A stretch of 64,000 nt of DNA from Sphaerodactylus townsendi (lineage: Eukaryota). The notes under the pieces were generated by a model. That model had not been told where the DNA came from. It did not search any database and saw only the letters and a list, made by a program, of their open reading frames with translations. The first letter of the stretch is position 1; each line of letters opens with the position of its first letter. The stretch lies in NCBI RefSeq assembly GCF_021028975.2, contig NC_059427.1:119908001-119972000 (forward strand), read 5' to 3'. The translations under genes were made by a program, and so were the position numbers. Shown here in pieces: positions 63,549-64,000 of this stretch.

Positions 63549-64000
63549 CTTCAGACAAGTCTGAAGAAGATGGTGGCAGATAACAAAGTCTCTGACACTT
63601 CAATCCCTGTCAAAAATATTAAATATTTCCTGGGAATGTTGGACTAATATCTGCAAAACTTGGGTCTGAAGCTGCACTCATACCATGGAAGCTTGCTGGG
63701 TTATCTTGGGCCAGTCATATGCTCTCAGCCTACCTTACAGGATTGTTGTGAGGATAAAATGTAGGAGAAAAGAATGATATGAGCAAGTTTGGGGAGAAAG
63801 GGGGGTATAAATGAATTAATAAATAAAAGGGTCAAAGGAGCTTTCTGAGTTTGTCCACTGAAGTTACAAAATGTGATGGTGAAAACATGACAGCTTATTT
63901 TAATGGCAAAACTGGATTTCATGACTATCAAGTGTAATTAGGAAAAAGTTCCTTGATCACACGATAGATACCACTAGTTTCATAGGGACATTATCAAGTG

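Overview
Vertebrate genomic DNA from a squamate reptile, most likely a gecko (inferred from Squam3-like SINEs with (CTT)n tails, Sauria SINEs and a SPIN MITE). The + strand carries a complete 22-exon envoplakin gene (EVPL): ATG at 5857, stop at 56351, about 2028 aa, all splice phases consistent, with one GC-AG intron and one GAG/CAG tandem acceptor. The last two coding exons of CDK3 lie convergently on the - strand, matching the human CDK3-EVPL tail-to-tail arrangement. Bases 1-2068 are the 5' end of a CpG-rich class II (betaretrovirus/IAP-like) endogenous retrovirus on the - strand. It has a 440-bp LTR, a perfect tRNA-Phe PBS, twin leader hairpins and an indel-riddled gag, and none of the ORF-track calls reveal it. 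Five short Penelope-like insertions have long TSDs. Three are fold-back (inverted) copies, and the family carries a minimal hammerhead ribozyme that is intact in one copy. Introns are packed with hAT, Harbinger and Tigger MITEs, SINEs and CR1/L2/L1 fragments. All family names come from recalled sequence knowledge, not from database searches.
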